Notes under the pieces: model-generated
What the model saw: only the letters and a program-made list of their open reading frames with translations
Told to the model about the DNA's origin: nothing
Database searches by the model: none
Shown here: one piece after another, positions 10,151 through 25,388 of the stretch
How the letters are laid out: every line of letters begins with the position of its first letter
Numbering within the stretch: the stretch's first letter is position 1
NCBI GenBank assembly: GCA_963812605.1
Contig: CAWEWF010000004.1
Location: 288,001-352,000 of the forward strand
DNA length: 64,000 nt
Direction: 5' to 3'
Source: an uncultured Verrucomicrobiae bacterium
GTDB taxonomy: Bacteria > Verrucomicrobiota > Verrucomicrobiia > Palsa-1439
Position numbers and translations under genes: made by a program

Positions 10151-11815
10151 ATGAAAAACAAATCCCCCATCCGTCACTTAGTGGCGCAAGCGCTTGCCTC
10201 GAATCCCTTTCGAGCGTCCCTGCTTGCGGTCCTGCTCTTGCTGGTGGCACAGGCCTCCGTGCCTGTGACCGCCCATGCCCAAGTACCGGGCATCATCAAC
10301 TACCAGGGCCGCATCGTGGATGCCGGCACCAACTTCGACGGCACTGGGCAATTCAAATTCGCCCTCGTCAACACTAGCGGCACCACCAATTATTGGAGCA
10401 ACGACGGCACCACCTTCGGCCCGCCGTCCGCCGCCGTCTCGCTCACCGTCACCAAGGGCCTCTACTCCGTCCTGCTCGGCGACACGACCATCGCCAACAT
10501 GAGTGTAGCGCTCTCACCGGCGGTATTCGCGAATTCCAACGTCCGCCTCCGCGTCTGGTTTTGGGACGGCAACGGAAGTCAGGTGTTCCAGCAACTCAGT
10601 CCCGATCAGCGCCTCGCGGCGGTCGGGTACGCCCTCACCGTCGCCAATGTCCAGGCTGCGGGCGACAATACGTTCGTCGGGCAAAGCGCCGGCAATGCGA
10701 CGATGAGCGGCGACAACAACACGGCCACCGGCTCCAGGGCGCTCTTGTCTAACACGAGCGGCAACAACAACACGGCTACCGGCGACGGGGCGCTCGTCTC
10801 CAACAGCAATGGCAACGAAAACACGGCCAATGGCGAGGCTTCGCTCGGTCACAATCTGAGCGGAAGTGGGAATACGACCATGGGGTTGGGGTCCCTTTAT
10901 GAGAACACTACCGGCAACCAAAACACTGCCATTGGTGAATATACGCTCGGCAACGCCACCGGCAACGGTAATACGGCGGTGGGAACGGAGGCCCTTTTTA
11001 CACTCACCACCGGCGACTACAATATCGCGCTGGGGTCCGGCGCCGGGGACAACCTGACGACGGGCGACAACAACATCGACATCGGCAACCAGGGGGTGGC
11101 GGGTGAAGCGGGTATCATCCGCATCGGCACGCCGGGCACGCACACCGCCACCTATCTGGCGGGGACGGTGAACGCCACGGCCTTCGTCGGCGACGGATCA
11201 GGATTGACCAATCTGCCGTCAAGTCAACTGCCGGCGGGTCTGGTCACCAACAACCAGACCGGGGTGACCTTGAGCGGCAGCTTCACCGGCACCTTCAATG
11301 GCAATGCCACCACGGCGACGAGCGCCAGTTCGGCGACGACCGCCGGCAGCGCGACCACCGCCAACAACTTCTCCGGCTCGCTGGGCGGGGACGTGACGGG
11401 CCTGCAGAACGCAACCGTCGTCGGCGCCGTCGGCGGCGTCACCGCAGCCAATGTGGCCTCCGGGGCGACCGCCGCCAACAATGCCACCTCCGCGAACACG
11501 GCCGGCGCTATCGTCAAACGCGACGGCAGCGGCAACATCACCGTCGCCACCGTCACCGGCAGTCTCAATGGCAATGCCGCCACCGCTACATCCGCCAGTT
11601 CGGCAACCACCGCGGCGAGTTTCACCGGGAGCGTTGCCGACAACCAGCTTTCGGCGAATGTGCCGTTGATTAACGGGAAGAATACGTTCAGCGGTTCCAC
11701 CAATACTTTCAACGGCGTGAGCAGCACGGCCGGCGGCCTGATCATCGAAACCCGCACTGGTACGGACCCATCCAGCCCGGCGATCGGGCAGATGTGGCTC
11801 CGAACCGATCTGTAG
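10151..11815 (+). CDS. Secreted fibre/adhesin-like protein with NTAxG repeats
   Basis: Signal peptide ending AHA-QVPGIINYQGR; about 14-aa N-T-A-x-G repeats; FVGDGSGLTNL and GNATTAT motifs typical of tail-fibre/trimeric adhesin shafts; C-terminal DPSSPAIGQMWLRTDL. Confidence 0.75.
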   Translation: MKNKSPIRHLVAQALASNPFRASLLAVLLLLVAQASVPVTAHAQVPGIINYQGRIVDAGTNFDGTGQFKFALVNTSGTTNYWSNDGTTFGPPSAAVSLTVTKGLYSVLLGDTTIANMSVALSPAVFANSNVRLRVWFWDGNGSQVFQQLSPDQRLAAVGYALTVANVQAAGDNTFVGQSAGNATMSGDNNTATGSRALLSNTSGNNNTATGDGALVSNSNGNENTANGEASLGHNLSGSGNTTMGLGSLYENTTGNQNTAIGEYTLGNATGNGNTAVGTEALFTLTTGDYNIALGSGAGDNLTTGDNNIDIGNQGVAGEAGIIRIGTPGTHTATYLAGTVNATAFVGDGSGLTNLPSSQLPAGLVTNNQTGVTLSGSFTGTFNGNATTATSASSATTAGSATTANNFSGSLGGDVTGLQNATVVGAVGGVTAANVASGATAANNATSANTAGAIVKRDGSGNITVATVTGSLNGNAATATSASSATTAASFTGSVADNQLSANVPLINGKNTFSGSTNTFNGVSSTAGGLIIETRTGTDPSSPAIGQMWLRTDL

Positions 11816-11827
11816 CCAAGGCGACGA

Positions 11828-17166
<5,339 letters not shown>

Positions 17167-17205
17167 TCAGGAGGGATATGAAAACAAGCGACATTTTTCT
17201 CTTTC

Positions 17206-17232
17206 TGTCATTCCGAGCTTGTCGAGGAATCT
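17206..17232 (+). repeat. TGTCATTCC-type palindromic repeat
   Basis: tgtcattccgagcttgtcgaggaatct with attcc/ggaat arms. Confidence 0.5.
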
Positions 17233-17257
17233 CAGTCGTGCCGGGAGGAATGAGAGG

Positions 17258-19488
17258 ATGAAAAGGGGTGCTTCTGTAGCGGCGCTCTATGAGCGCCGAG
17301 GGTTCACGCAATGGATACGGACGGCGGTCATAGACCGCCGCTTGTATCTTGCCCGATATGGTTCCTTATTGTAGCCCCGTAGGGGAACCGACCATGGTGG
17401 ACAAGCCGGGGAAAGGTGAATCTGTGACCGCCGCCAGGCCCACGAGCCTGAGCTGTAGATTCGATCCCTTTCCCCGTGGTCGGCTCAGGCCGAACGGTAT
17501 CGGAGGTCCTCCGAACGCCTTCGGAGTGAACCTGTATGCACAAGCCCGGCCACGCCAACCGATCCGTCCACCGCCCACACTCAACCATAAGGAGACTGCC
17601 ATGACAAGTTATCACCCACTGGGCCTGGACATCGCCAAACGCACCGTCGACGCGGCGTTGTTGCTAGACAAGGGCCGCTATCGCCATCATCAATTCACCA
17701 ATTCGCCGACCGGTTTCACCGCACTGGCCGCTTGGCTGCGCCGACATGCCACCGGCCCCGTTCACGCCGGCTTGGAAGCCACCGGCAGTTATGGCAACGC
17801 GCTGGCGCTATTCCTGCACCAGCAAGGCACGCCTGTGAGCGTCATCAACCCGACGCGGATCCATGCCTTTGCCCAGAGCGAATTGTCGCGTAATAAGACC
17901 GATCCCCTGGATGCCGCGCTCATCGCCCGCTTCGTGGCCACCCAGCAACCGCCACCGTGGACACCCCCACCGCTGGAACAACGCCAACTCCAAAGCCTGG
18001 TGCGTCGGATCGAGGCGCTCCAAGCCATGCGCCAGCAAGAACGCAACCGATTGGATCTGGAAGCCGACGACAGTCTGGTGGCCGATTCCTTGCGCCAGCA
18101 CCTGGCTTATCTGGACGCACAACTGCGCGGCCTCCAACAACGTCTGCGCCAACACCTCCGAGCGCATCCGCCGTTACAACACCAAAACGATCTGTTGCAG
18201 ACCATCCCGGGCATTGGGGAAACCACGGCGCTCAAACTGTTGGCCGAAATGCCCGGTCTGGCCCAGTGGTCCAGCGCCCGGCAAGTCGTGGCCTATGCGG
18301 GACTCAATCCGCAGCAGCGCACCTCGGGCAGTTCGGTGCGCGGGCGCAGCCATCTGAGCAAGATCGGCAATGCACGCCTGCGCCGTGCCCTCTACCTGCC
18401 GGCCGTGGTGGCGATGCGTTACAACCCACTGCTCAAAGCGTTTGCCCAGCGATTACGGGAACGCAACAAACCCCCGATGGTCATCGTCGGCGCCGTCATG
18501 CGCAAACTGTTGCACCAAGCCTATGGCGTCCTCAAACACGCCACCCCTTTCAATCCCAACCACGCAACGACCCATTGACAACCAAGACGGTATCTACAGC
18601 TTCTGCGTGATTGCGATCTTTGGGATCAGTATCCGCTGCTTATCCACCTTTGCCGCCAGCACCGTCACCACCAGCAGCCTTGACGGCGGCGGACTGCACG
18701 CGACCAGCGCTAATTACTCGATGGATAGTAGCGTCGGCGACATCGGCGGGATTTCCAGCGGCGGGAACATCTCGACCCTGCCCGGCTCCGTCGGTCAACT
18801 CACCGAGATCGTCAGTATCAGCGTCACCAGCACACCCTGGCATCGTCAACGAAGACGCGACCAGCCAGCTCAGCGCTACCGCCTCCTTCGATGACAACAG
18901 CGTGTCCATCCTCTCGGGCAGCGACGTTGCATGGGCCAGCGCGGTCTACCCACTGGCCTCGATCGACAGCAACGGCTTGGCAACGGCGGCGTCCGTGTAT
19001 GCCACGACCAATGGCGTATTCAGCGGTTTCTACCTGGGCCTCTCCAGCACCGGCCTCGTGGCCGTGATCGACAGCAATCCCGACAACTACGGCAGCTACG
19101 CCGGCGATGGCATACCGGACAGTTGGCAGGTGCAATATTTCGGCACGAACAATCCCAAAGCCGCGCCGGGCATTGACGCGGATGGCACCGGAAACAGAAC
19201 AATCTCTTCAAGTACACCGCCGGCCTCGACCCAACTAACCCCACCTCAATCTTCGTATTGAAAATCGCCAGCGTCACCGGCCAGCCGACGCAGAAGAACC
19301 TGATCTTCAACCCCATCGCCGGCGGACGGACGTATATCATCGAAGCCAGAACGAATCTGCTCAGCGGCAGTTACGCCGCGCTCGCCAGCGCCAGCGGTCC
19401 GGTCACCAACGTCAACCAGGTCACCGTAACCGATCTAAGCGCCACGCAGACCTCGAAGTTCTACCGCGTCCACGTTTCGCTGCCGTAA
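17258..19488 (+). CDS. Secreted protein with Ig-like region, DGIPDSWQ/DADG calcium-binding-type motifs and C-terminal ...KFYRVHVSLP; interrupted by IS110 no. 2 after codon 28 (probable sequencing frameshifts near 18840 and 19195)
   Basis: ATG 17258 joins 18596 in frame once the IS is removed: MKRGASVAALYERRGFTQWIRTAVIDRRY-SFCVIAIFGISIRCLSTFAAST; downstream fragments 18611-19261 and 19258-19488 continue the protein. Confidence 0.7.
17274..17342. repeat. GTAG-type REP doublet, one member split by IS110 no. 2
   Basis: ctgtagcggcgctctatgagcgccg ... cggcggtcatagaccgccgct|acag. Confidence 0.85.
17357..17560 (+). ncRNA. Putative bridge RNA of IS110 no. 2
   Basis: GACCGCCGC (17426-17434) equals left target; AGCTGTAG (17451-17458) is the reverse complement of core plus right target; ACGGTATC (17494-17501) equals left donor; ACAAG (17540-17544) is complementary to CTTGT; guides lie in internal loops closed by ggggaaagg/cctttcccc, caggc/gcctg and cgtggtcgg/ccggccacg stems. 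Boundaries approximate. Confidence 0.88.
17601..18578 (+). CDS. IS110-family recombinase/transposase (intact, 325 aa)
   Basis: LGLDIAK, LEATGSY, KTDPLDA, TIPGIG, QRTSGSS, SKIGNARLR, AVMRKL; SD aaggag before ATG 17601. Confidence 0.96.
   Translation: MTSYHPLGLDIAKRTVDAALLLDKGRYRHHQFTNSPTGFTALAAWLRRHATGPVHAGLEATGSYGNALALFLHQQGTPVSVINPTRIHAFAQSELSRNKTDPLDAALIARFVATQQPPPWTPPPLEQRQLQSLVRRIEALQAMRQQERNRLDLEADDSLVADSLRQHLAYLDAQLRGLQQRLRQHLRAHPPLQHQNDLLQTIPGIGETTALKLLAEMPGLAQWSSARQVVAYAGLNPQQRTSGSSVRGRSHLSKIGNARLRRALYLPAVVAMRYNPLLKAFAQRLRERNKPPMVIVGAVMRKLLHQAYGVLKHATPFNPNHATTH
18575..18595 (+). promoter_or_regulatory. -35 half of the circle-junction promoter of IS110 no. 2
   Basis: TTGACA (18575-18580) lies exactly 17 nt before TATCTT (17345-17350) once the ends are joined through one CT. 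Confidence 0.75.
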
Positions 19489-19693
19489 CGCGAGCGTCCC
19501 GCTTGCGGTGCCCCGCCATTGTTGTGTGCTGTTGGGTATCACGCCTTTTACCGCGGCGCGATACCGTCGTCAAAACATCCCCAGCGCTCCCCGCAGCCTT
19601 GCGCAAAACCTTTTTGACATTGCTGCGGGCTGCTGACACACTTTGGGGCCCCGATCAGGTCAAGGGATTGATTGTAAGGCTCGTGCCACGCTC

Positions 19694-22211
19694 ATGGGTT
19701 CACGAAAAAAACAAACTGCCGCGAAGAAAAAAGAAATGCAACAGCCAGAGGCTGAAGCACCTCCGAAGACCAAGTTGTGGCCGGCGGTGGGAACTTCCGC
19801 CCATCTGGCGATCGTTTTCGTCCTCGGTGTGATCGTGCTCTTGACCTACAGCAACACCGTGCACAACACGGGTTTTGCGCTGGATAATAAATTCATCATC
19901 CTCGAAGACCCTCGATTGCGCGACGCCAGCCCGAGCAACATCCAAGCTCATCTTCAACCAGGATTACTGGTGGCCGAAGGCGGTGAGCGGACTCTATCGG
20001 CCGTTGACCACGCTGTCCTACCTCTTCAACTATCACACCCTCGGCAACGCCGACCACGCCGCGGGCTATCACTGGATCAATTTCTTCCTGCACTGGGCCA
20101 ACACGGTGCTTGTCTATTTCACCGTGCTGGTCTTGATGGAGCGGCTCTGGCCGGCGTTTTTTGCCGCCGCGCTGTTTGGCACCCATCCGCTGGCCACCGA
20201 ATCGGTAACGAACATCATTGGGCGCTCCGATCTGTTTGCGACGCTGTTTTTGTTGGTCGGCTTCCTGTGTTACGTAAAAAGCACCACGACAGACAGCCAG
20301 CGCAAGCCGTGGACCGGTCTTCAGATCGCTACGGCAGCGATTTCCGCGGTATTGGCGGGATTCATCCTGCTCTGCTGGCGCCAGCCGGCCTCGGTTCCTC
20401 CATCACTGCTAAACTGGACCTGCATCATCATCGCCCTGGTGTCGCTTGCGGCCTCGACACTGACATTTGCCTGTCTGCTGGGCGGTTGGGGCAAATTTCC
20501 CTCCCTGCTGCTCTTGCTGGTGTCGACGGCCATCGGCGTGTTCTGCAAGGAGACCGGGATCGTCGTGCTCGGGGTATTGATGCTCTATGATTTCACCTTT
20601 CGCATTCGCCGGAAGCACCCGAATTGGCTGATCAACCTCGTCTCGAACTTCTGGGAGTTTGCGCTCAAGGGCTATATCGTGCTGGCCGCGCCCGTTCTGG
20701 CGATGTTTTATACGCGCAGTTGGGTCTTCGGAAATTTGCGCCCGCCCGAGCTGCCCTGGGTGGACAATCCTCTGGCGATGCCCGGCGTCGGTTTCTGGAC
20801 GGCGCGCCTGACGGCCATCAAGGTCATCGGAAAATACTTCTGGCTGCTTCTCTGGCCGCAGGTGCTCTCGTGCGACTATTCCTACAACCAAATCCCGATC
20901 GTCGATTGGCATTTCAGCACGCTCGAAGATTGGAAAGCCGTCGTCGCGTTGATCGCGGTGGTGACGGTGGTGCTCGTGGCCGTCCGCAATTATCAGCGCA
21001 ACAAGCCCCTCTTTTTCTTCGTTTTCTTTTTCTTCGGGACCTTGCTGCCCACCTCGAACCTCTTTCCGAAACTGGGGGAACCGCTCTTGGACAGGTTGAG
21101 CTGGTGCATCGGCAGCATTATGGCGGAGCGCTTCCTCTATATGCCGCTGATTGGATTCGCCGGCTGCGCCGTGCTGGCCGTTTACGCGATCTGCCGGCAC
21201 CTGATTCCGCAGTTGGACGTCTCGGGATGGGCGCAACGCATCTGGTTGCAGGTCGTGGCCCCCACCGCGCTGAGTTTGATGGTCGTTGCCTACGGCGCGC
21301 GTTCGTTCCTCCGCAATCCTGACTGGGAGGACGATGAGCACCTCTGGACGAAAGCCGTCGAAGCCTGCCCGGACAGTTTTAAGAGCCACAAGTCGCTCGC
21401 CTTTGCGATTTATGAAAAGGATCCCGAGGGCAAGAATATCGACCGCGTCATCGCGGAAGGCGAAAAGGCCCGCGCGGTTACCGACAAAACACAAATCGTC
21501 CTGCTCCACCTCGGCGCCTACTACCGCATCAAGGGCGATACACTCGCCCGACACGCGCCCGATGGCTCGCTCGTGCCGACGGCGGCCAGCATGCCCTGGT
21601 ACGAAAAATCGGTGGAAGCTCTTAGCAAGGCAGTGCCGTTGGACCACGAATTCAATGACGACAACCGCACCAAGGAACTGAAGCGTGGCCGCAATCCGGA
21701 CCAGATCCCGGATATCGGCAACCATGAGATTTACTGGAACCTCGGGCTTTCCTACATGCGCATGTCCCAGTACCAGCAGGCGCTCGACGCCTACTTCTAC
21801 ATGCGCCACCTCGGGCCTACGAATCCCGACGCCTACCTCAGCATCGCTTCGGTTTACCTCTCGACGGGACATATCGAGGAAGCCGGCATCTCGTTGCTGC
21901 AAGCCCTGTTGCTCGATAGCAACCGCGCAGAAGCCCTGCGGTTGCTCGTGGACATTTACCACCAGATCGACCACGAAGGATGTTCGATCGTCATGAATCA
22001 GGGCCAGCCGCGCCTCAATTCCGACTGTCCGCTGGTCCATAATCATATCTGCTCCGCCTACTACGGGCTCGTCCAGGTATTTCTGGAAGCCAAGCAATTT
22101 GACCTGGCGAAGCAGACCCGGCAAACCGCGCTTCAGGGCTACCATTGCCCGCCAGAATCGTTCCAACAACCAATCCCCGACCAACCGTCTACCGCGAGTT
22201 CGAAACCATGA
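19694..22211 (+). CDS. TMTC-like membrane glycosyltransferase (putative protein O-mannosyltransferase) with C-terminal TPR (frameshift near 19940)
   Basis: LYRPLTTLSY, FGTHPLATESV..I.GRSDL, KETGI, LLWPQVLSCDYS, AERFLYMP, RNPDW; TPR tail. Confidence 0.8.
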
Positions 22212-23581
22212 CCAAAACCCTTTGCGGCCTTGTTGCCGCCTTCTTGTTTTTCTCCATCGTGAAATCAACGCCGGGCGCGGATGCGCCCGGACTTCCCCAG
22301 ACGATGACGCTTCAGGATTGCCTTGACCTTGCGCTCAAACAGAATCCGTCGATCCTCAAGGCCCAGCAAGAAATCCGCCGTAGCCAGGGCGTCATCGTGG
22401 AAACCCGCGGCGCCGCCGTGCCTCAAATCACCGCCTCCGGTTCCGGCGAGATGATCGCCCGAAGCGCCATTGATGCGTTCCCATTTCCTGCCGGCACCGG
22501 TGGCGGGGGTTCCAACACTGTTTTTAAGAACCAAACACAGCCTTGGAGTGCCCAGGTCCAGATCTCGCAGTTGCTCTACGAGGGTGGACGCGTCAGCGCC
22601 GCCGTTCGTGCCGCGAAATTGTCCGACAAGATCGCAGTGCTCGGTTTCCAAAAAGCGGTTGCCGATACCATTCTCGACGTGCGCAAGGCATTCTACCAAA
22701 TTCTCTTAAACAAGGCTCTCGCCGAAGTCCGCGAAGAATCCGTGACACTGCTGGAACAGCAACTCTTGGACGCGCAATCACGCTACGATGTGGGCTCCAT
22801 CCCGCGATTCAATGTTCTCCGCGCCGAAGTCGAGCTGGCCAACGCCAAACCGCCGCTCATCCGCGCCCAAAACGACCTGCGCATCTCCAAGGAGTCCCTG
22901 GTGAAATTGCTGGCCATCGATTCCCCGGCCCAAACGAACGATTTCACACCGATTAATTTCGAGGGCCAGCTCGTCTATGAACATCGTGCCTGGGATCTTT
23001 CGACCGCCCTGCAGCAGGGCCTCGAGCATCGGCCGGAGTTGCTACAAGCCGAACAGCAAATCGGTGTCGCAAAAGCCAATGTCAAAGTCGCTTCTTCCGG
23101 CTACAAACCGGAAGCCTCGATCTTCGGCAACTATGGCTGGCATGATGACACGTTCTTCAACGAGCCGGATGTTACGCGGGAAGGTTGGACAGCCGGTGCC
23201 AGTGTGAGCTGGGCGCTTTTCGACGGCATGGTCACCCGCGGCAAGGTCACCGAGGCGCGCGCTCAATTGGAGGAAGCGAACCTCGATTACGCCGACACGC
23301 GCCGCCAGGTGGAACTCGATGTGCGCCAGGCCTATTCCGACTATCTTCAGACCCTTGAGTTGATCGAGGCCCAGAAAAAAACCGTGGAGGAAGCCGAGGA
23401 AAGCCTGCGGTTGGCCGAGGCGCGGTTCCGCGCCGGCACCGGCACGCAGTTGGACGTTCTGAGCGCCCAGACTGCGCTCAGCGACGCCCGTTCCAATGAA
23501 GTCCAGGCGCTCCACGATTACAATGTCGCCATCGCCACGCTGGAGCGCGTCACCGGGATGACGGTGAGCGTCGCCAATTGA
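22208..23581 (+). CDS. TolC-family outer membrane protein
   Basis: Signal peptide, TLQDCLDLALKQNP, two OEP repeats, LAEARFRAGTGTQLDVL. Confidence 0.92.
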   Translation: MTKTLCGLVAAFLFFSIVKSTPGADAPGLPQTMTLQDCLDLALKQNPSILKAQQEIRRSQGVIVETRGAAVPQITASGSGEMIARSAIDAFPFPAGTGGGGSNTVFKNQTQPWSAQVQISQLLYEGGRVSAAVRAAKLSDKIAVLGFQKAVADTILDVRKAFYQILLNKALAEVREESVTLLEQQLLDAQSRYDVGSIPRFNVLRAEVELANAKPPLIRAQNDLRISKESLVKLLAIDSPAQTNDFTPINFEGQLVYEHRAWDLSTALQQGLEHRPELLQAEQQIGVAKANVKVASSGYKPEASIFGNYGWHDDTFFNEPDVTREGWTAGASVSWALFDGMVTRGKVTEARAQLEEANLDYADTRRQVELDVRQAYSDYLQTLELIEAQKKTVEEAEESLRLAEARFRAGTGTQLDVLSAQTALSDARSNEVQALHDYNVAIATLERVTGMTVSVAN

Positions 23582-23584
23582 TCC

Positions 23585-24205
23585 ATGCAGTTCGAAACCT
23601 TCGCGCCGCTGCGCCAGTTCCCGTTCATCACCCACGGGTTCACCCTGCGCACGACCGAGGACACGAAGGCCGACAATTTTGAGGGGCGCGCGCTTGCGGC
23701 CCTGGGATTTTCCCCCACCCATTTTGCTTCCGCCGAACAAACGCACGGGAATGGCGTGGCGGTCATCCTGGAAACGACCGGGAAGCGCGCGCCGCTGGTC
23801 GACGCGCTGGTGACGTCCACCAGAAATCTGCCGCTGGTGATTCGCTGCGCGGACTGTGCCGCCGTATTTCTCGTTGATCCTCGGACACCGGCTATCGCCC
23901 TGATTCATTCCGGTAAGAAAGGAACGCTGGCCAACATCGTGGGAAATACGGTGTCGACGATGCGGGAGAAATTCGGCACGAATCCGGCCGATTGCGCTTC
24001 CTTTATCAGTCCCTCCATCGGGCCGTGCCATTACGAGATGGATGTCTGGACCGGTCTCGAACAGCAATTGCGCCAGGCGGGTGTGAGTGAGGTCCACAAC
24101 CCGCGCGTCTGCACGGCTTGCCATCTTGACCGTTATTTCTCTTACCGGGCTGAAAAAGGTCGAACAGGACGAATGCTCGCCGTCCTCGCCCTGACGCCAC
24201 CATGA
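23585..24205 (+). CDS. pgeF: YfiH/PgeF-family (laccase-domain) protein
   Basis: HGFT, QTHG, ADC, HSG, PSIGPCHYE, CTAC...FSYR...GR motifs. Confidence 0.85.
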   Translation: MQFETFAPLRQFPFITHGFTLRTTEDTKADNFEGRALAALGFSPTHFASAEQTHGNGVAVILETTGKRAPLVDALVTSTRNLPLVIRCADCAAVFLVDPRTPAIALIHSGKKGTLANIVGNTVSTMREKFGTNPADCASFISPSIGPCHYEMDVWTGLEQQLRQAGVSEVHNPRVCTACHLDRYFSYRAEKGRTGRMLAVLALTPP

Positions 24206-24921
24206 GCCTGTTCGTTCCGCCGCGACGCTTCGATCCGCTGGTCCCGGAAATCATGGACCGCCGCGGTAACGAACCCGGTCTTCTCCGCGCCGACCTCCGT
24301 GTGCTGGAAGATATCAACCGCTTCCTTGGCGGCTACCGTATTCCATTACATTACTTGCGCAAGTTCTCAAGGCATCTCCGTTCCGTTAAACCGTTGACAA
24401 TTCTCGATCTCGCCACCGGAGCGGCGGATGTGCCCCGCGCCATCGCGACCTGGGCGCGGGCGCAACCCGTGAAGGTTGAAATCACTGCCGTGGACGGCAG
24501 CCCGGAGATTTTGTCCATCGCGCGCGAGAACACAGCCGGCTGGCCGGAGATTCACGTCGAGCAGCAGGATCTCCTCGCCCTCCCCTATCCCGCCGCGAGC
24601 TTCGATGTCGTCCTCTGCTCGCTCGCGCTGCACCACTTTTCCGAGTCGGATGCTGTTGCAATTCTGCGACGCATCCACGATATTGCGCGCGGCGGCTGGA
24701 TCATCAACGACCTGCGGAGGAATCGCATCGCAATTGGTTTGAGCAAACTCATGGCACGCACGATTATCACCAACCCCATCGCGCGATTCGATGCGCCCGC
24801 TTCGTGCGAACGCGCCTTCACTATCGCCGAGGGACGCGCAATGGCCGGCCGCGCGGGGATGAACCGCTTCACGATCCGTCGTCACCGATTCTTTCGCATG
24901 GCCCTGGTCGGGTACAAATGA
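24202..24921 (+). CDS. SAM-dependent methyltransferase
   Basis: EIMD, IN..LGG, ILDLATG..D, FDVV.CSLALHHF, NDL.R, D...S..RAFT: the type often found beside type III PKS genes. Confidence 0.88.
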   Translation: MSLFVPPRRFDPLVPEIMDRRGNEPGLLRADLRVLEDINRFLGGYRIPLHYLRKFSRHLRSVKPLTILDLATGAADVPRAIATWARAQPVKVEITAVDGSPEILSIARENTAGWPEIHVEQQDLLALPYPAASFDVVLCSLALHHFSESDAVAILRRIHDIARGGWIINDLRRNRIAIGLSKLMARTIITNPIARFDAPASCERAFTIAEGRAMAGRAGMNRFTIRRHRFFRMALVGYK

Positions 24922-25367
24922 GCGTCCGCACCGAAAATTCCATCCTGATCAAGGCCCCGCTCGAAAAAATCTTCGAGACCACGTCCAATCTGTTGCTCTG
25001 GCCCAAGGTGCTCCCGCACTATCGCTGGATCCGCATCCTCCAGGCGGGTGATGACGGTTTGGTTGTTAAAATGGGCGCGCGCCGCGGTTCGTTGCCGATC
25101 CAGTGGACTTCACGGTTCCAAGTTGATCCGAATGCGCACGAACTGCATTTCGAGCATCTCAAGGCCTTCACGCGCGGGATGCGGGTATTATGGACGTACA
25201 CCCCCACATCCGAAGGCGTGCGGGTTACCATCTCCCATGAATTGGACCGCGCCTCGGCCTTTGGTCGCTGGTTCGCGCACCACGTGCTTGGCGAGATCTT
25301 CATCCGGCCCGTGGCGACGCGCACCTTGTCGCATTTCAAAGAATATCTGGAACAGGACCGTGCCTGA
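24918..25367 (+). CDS. SRPBCC / polyketide cyclase-dehydrase family protein
   Basis: SILIKAP.EKIF.....L..WP..LPHY; ATGA overlap with the upstream gene. Confidence 0.82.
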   Translation: MSVRTENSILIKAPLEKIFETTSNLLLWPKVLPHYRWIRILQAGDDGLVVKMGARRGSLPIQWTSRFQVDPNAHELHFEHLKAFTRGMRVLWTYTPTSEGVRVTISHELDRASAFGRWFAHHVLGEIFIRPVATRTLSHFKEYLEQDRA

Positions 25368-25388
25368 ACGCTCCTAACTTACGGAGTT

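Larger units (their letters stand above)
17341..18595 (+). mobile_element. IS110-family insertion sequence no. 2 (IS621-like; CT core at 17341-17342 and 18594-18595)
   Basis: Intact DEDD transposase plus about 260-nt upstream non-coding region; donor junction ACGGTAT-CT-TGTAT; flanks rejoin to GACCGCCG-CT-ACAGC. Confidence 0.95.

Noticed and set aside
17349-17600. 84-aa N-terminal extension of the IS110 no. 2 transposase
   Set aside because: Spans the structured bridge-RNA region; SD and the family N-terminus fit ATG 17601.
20409-22268. Long antisense ORFs (this 619-aa one, also 11224-12528, 35997-37217, 57573-58784)
   Set aside because: Shadow frames of GC-rich genes with clear motifs on the other strand.
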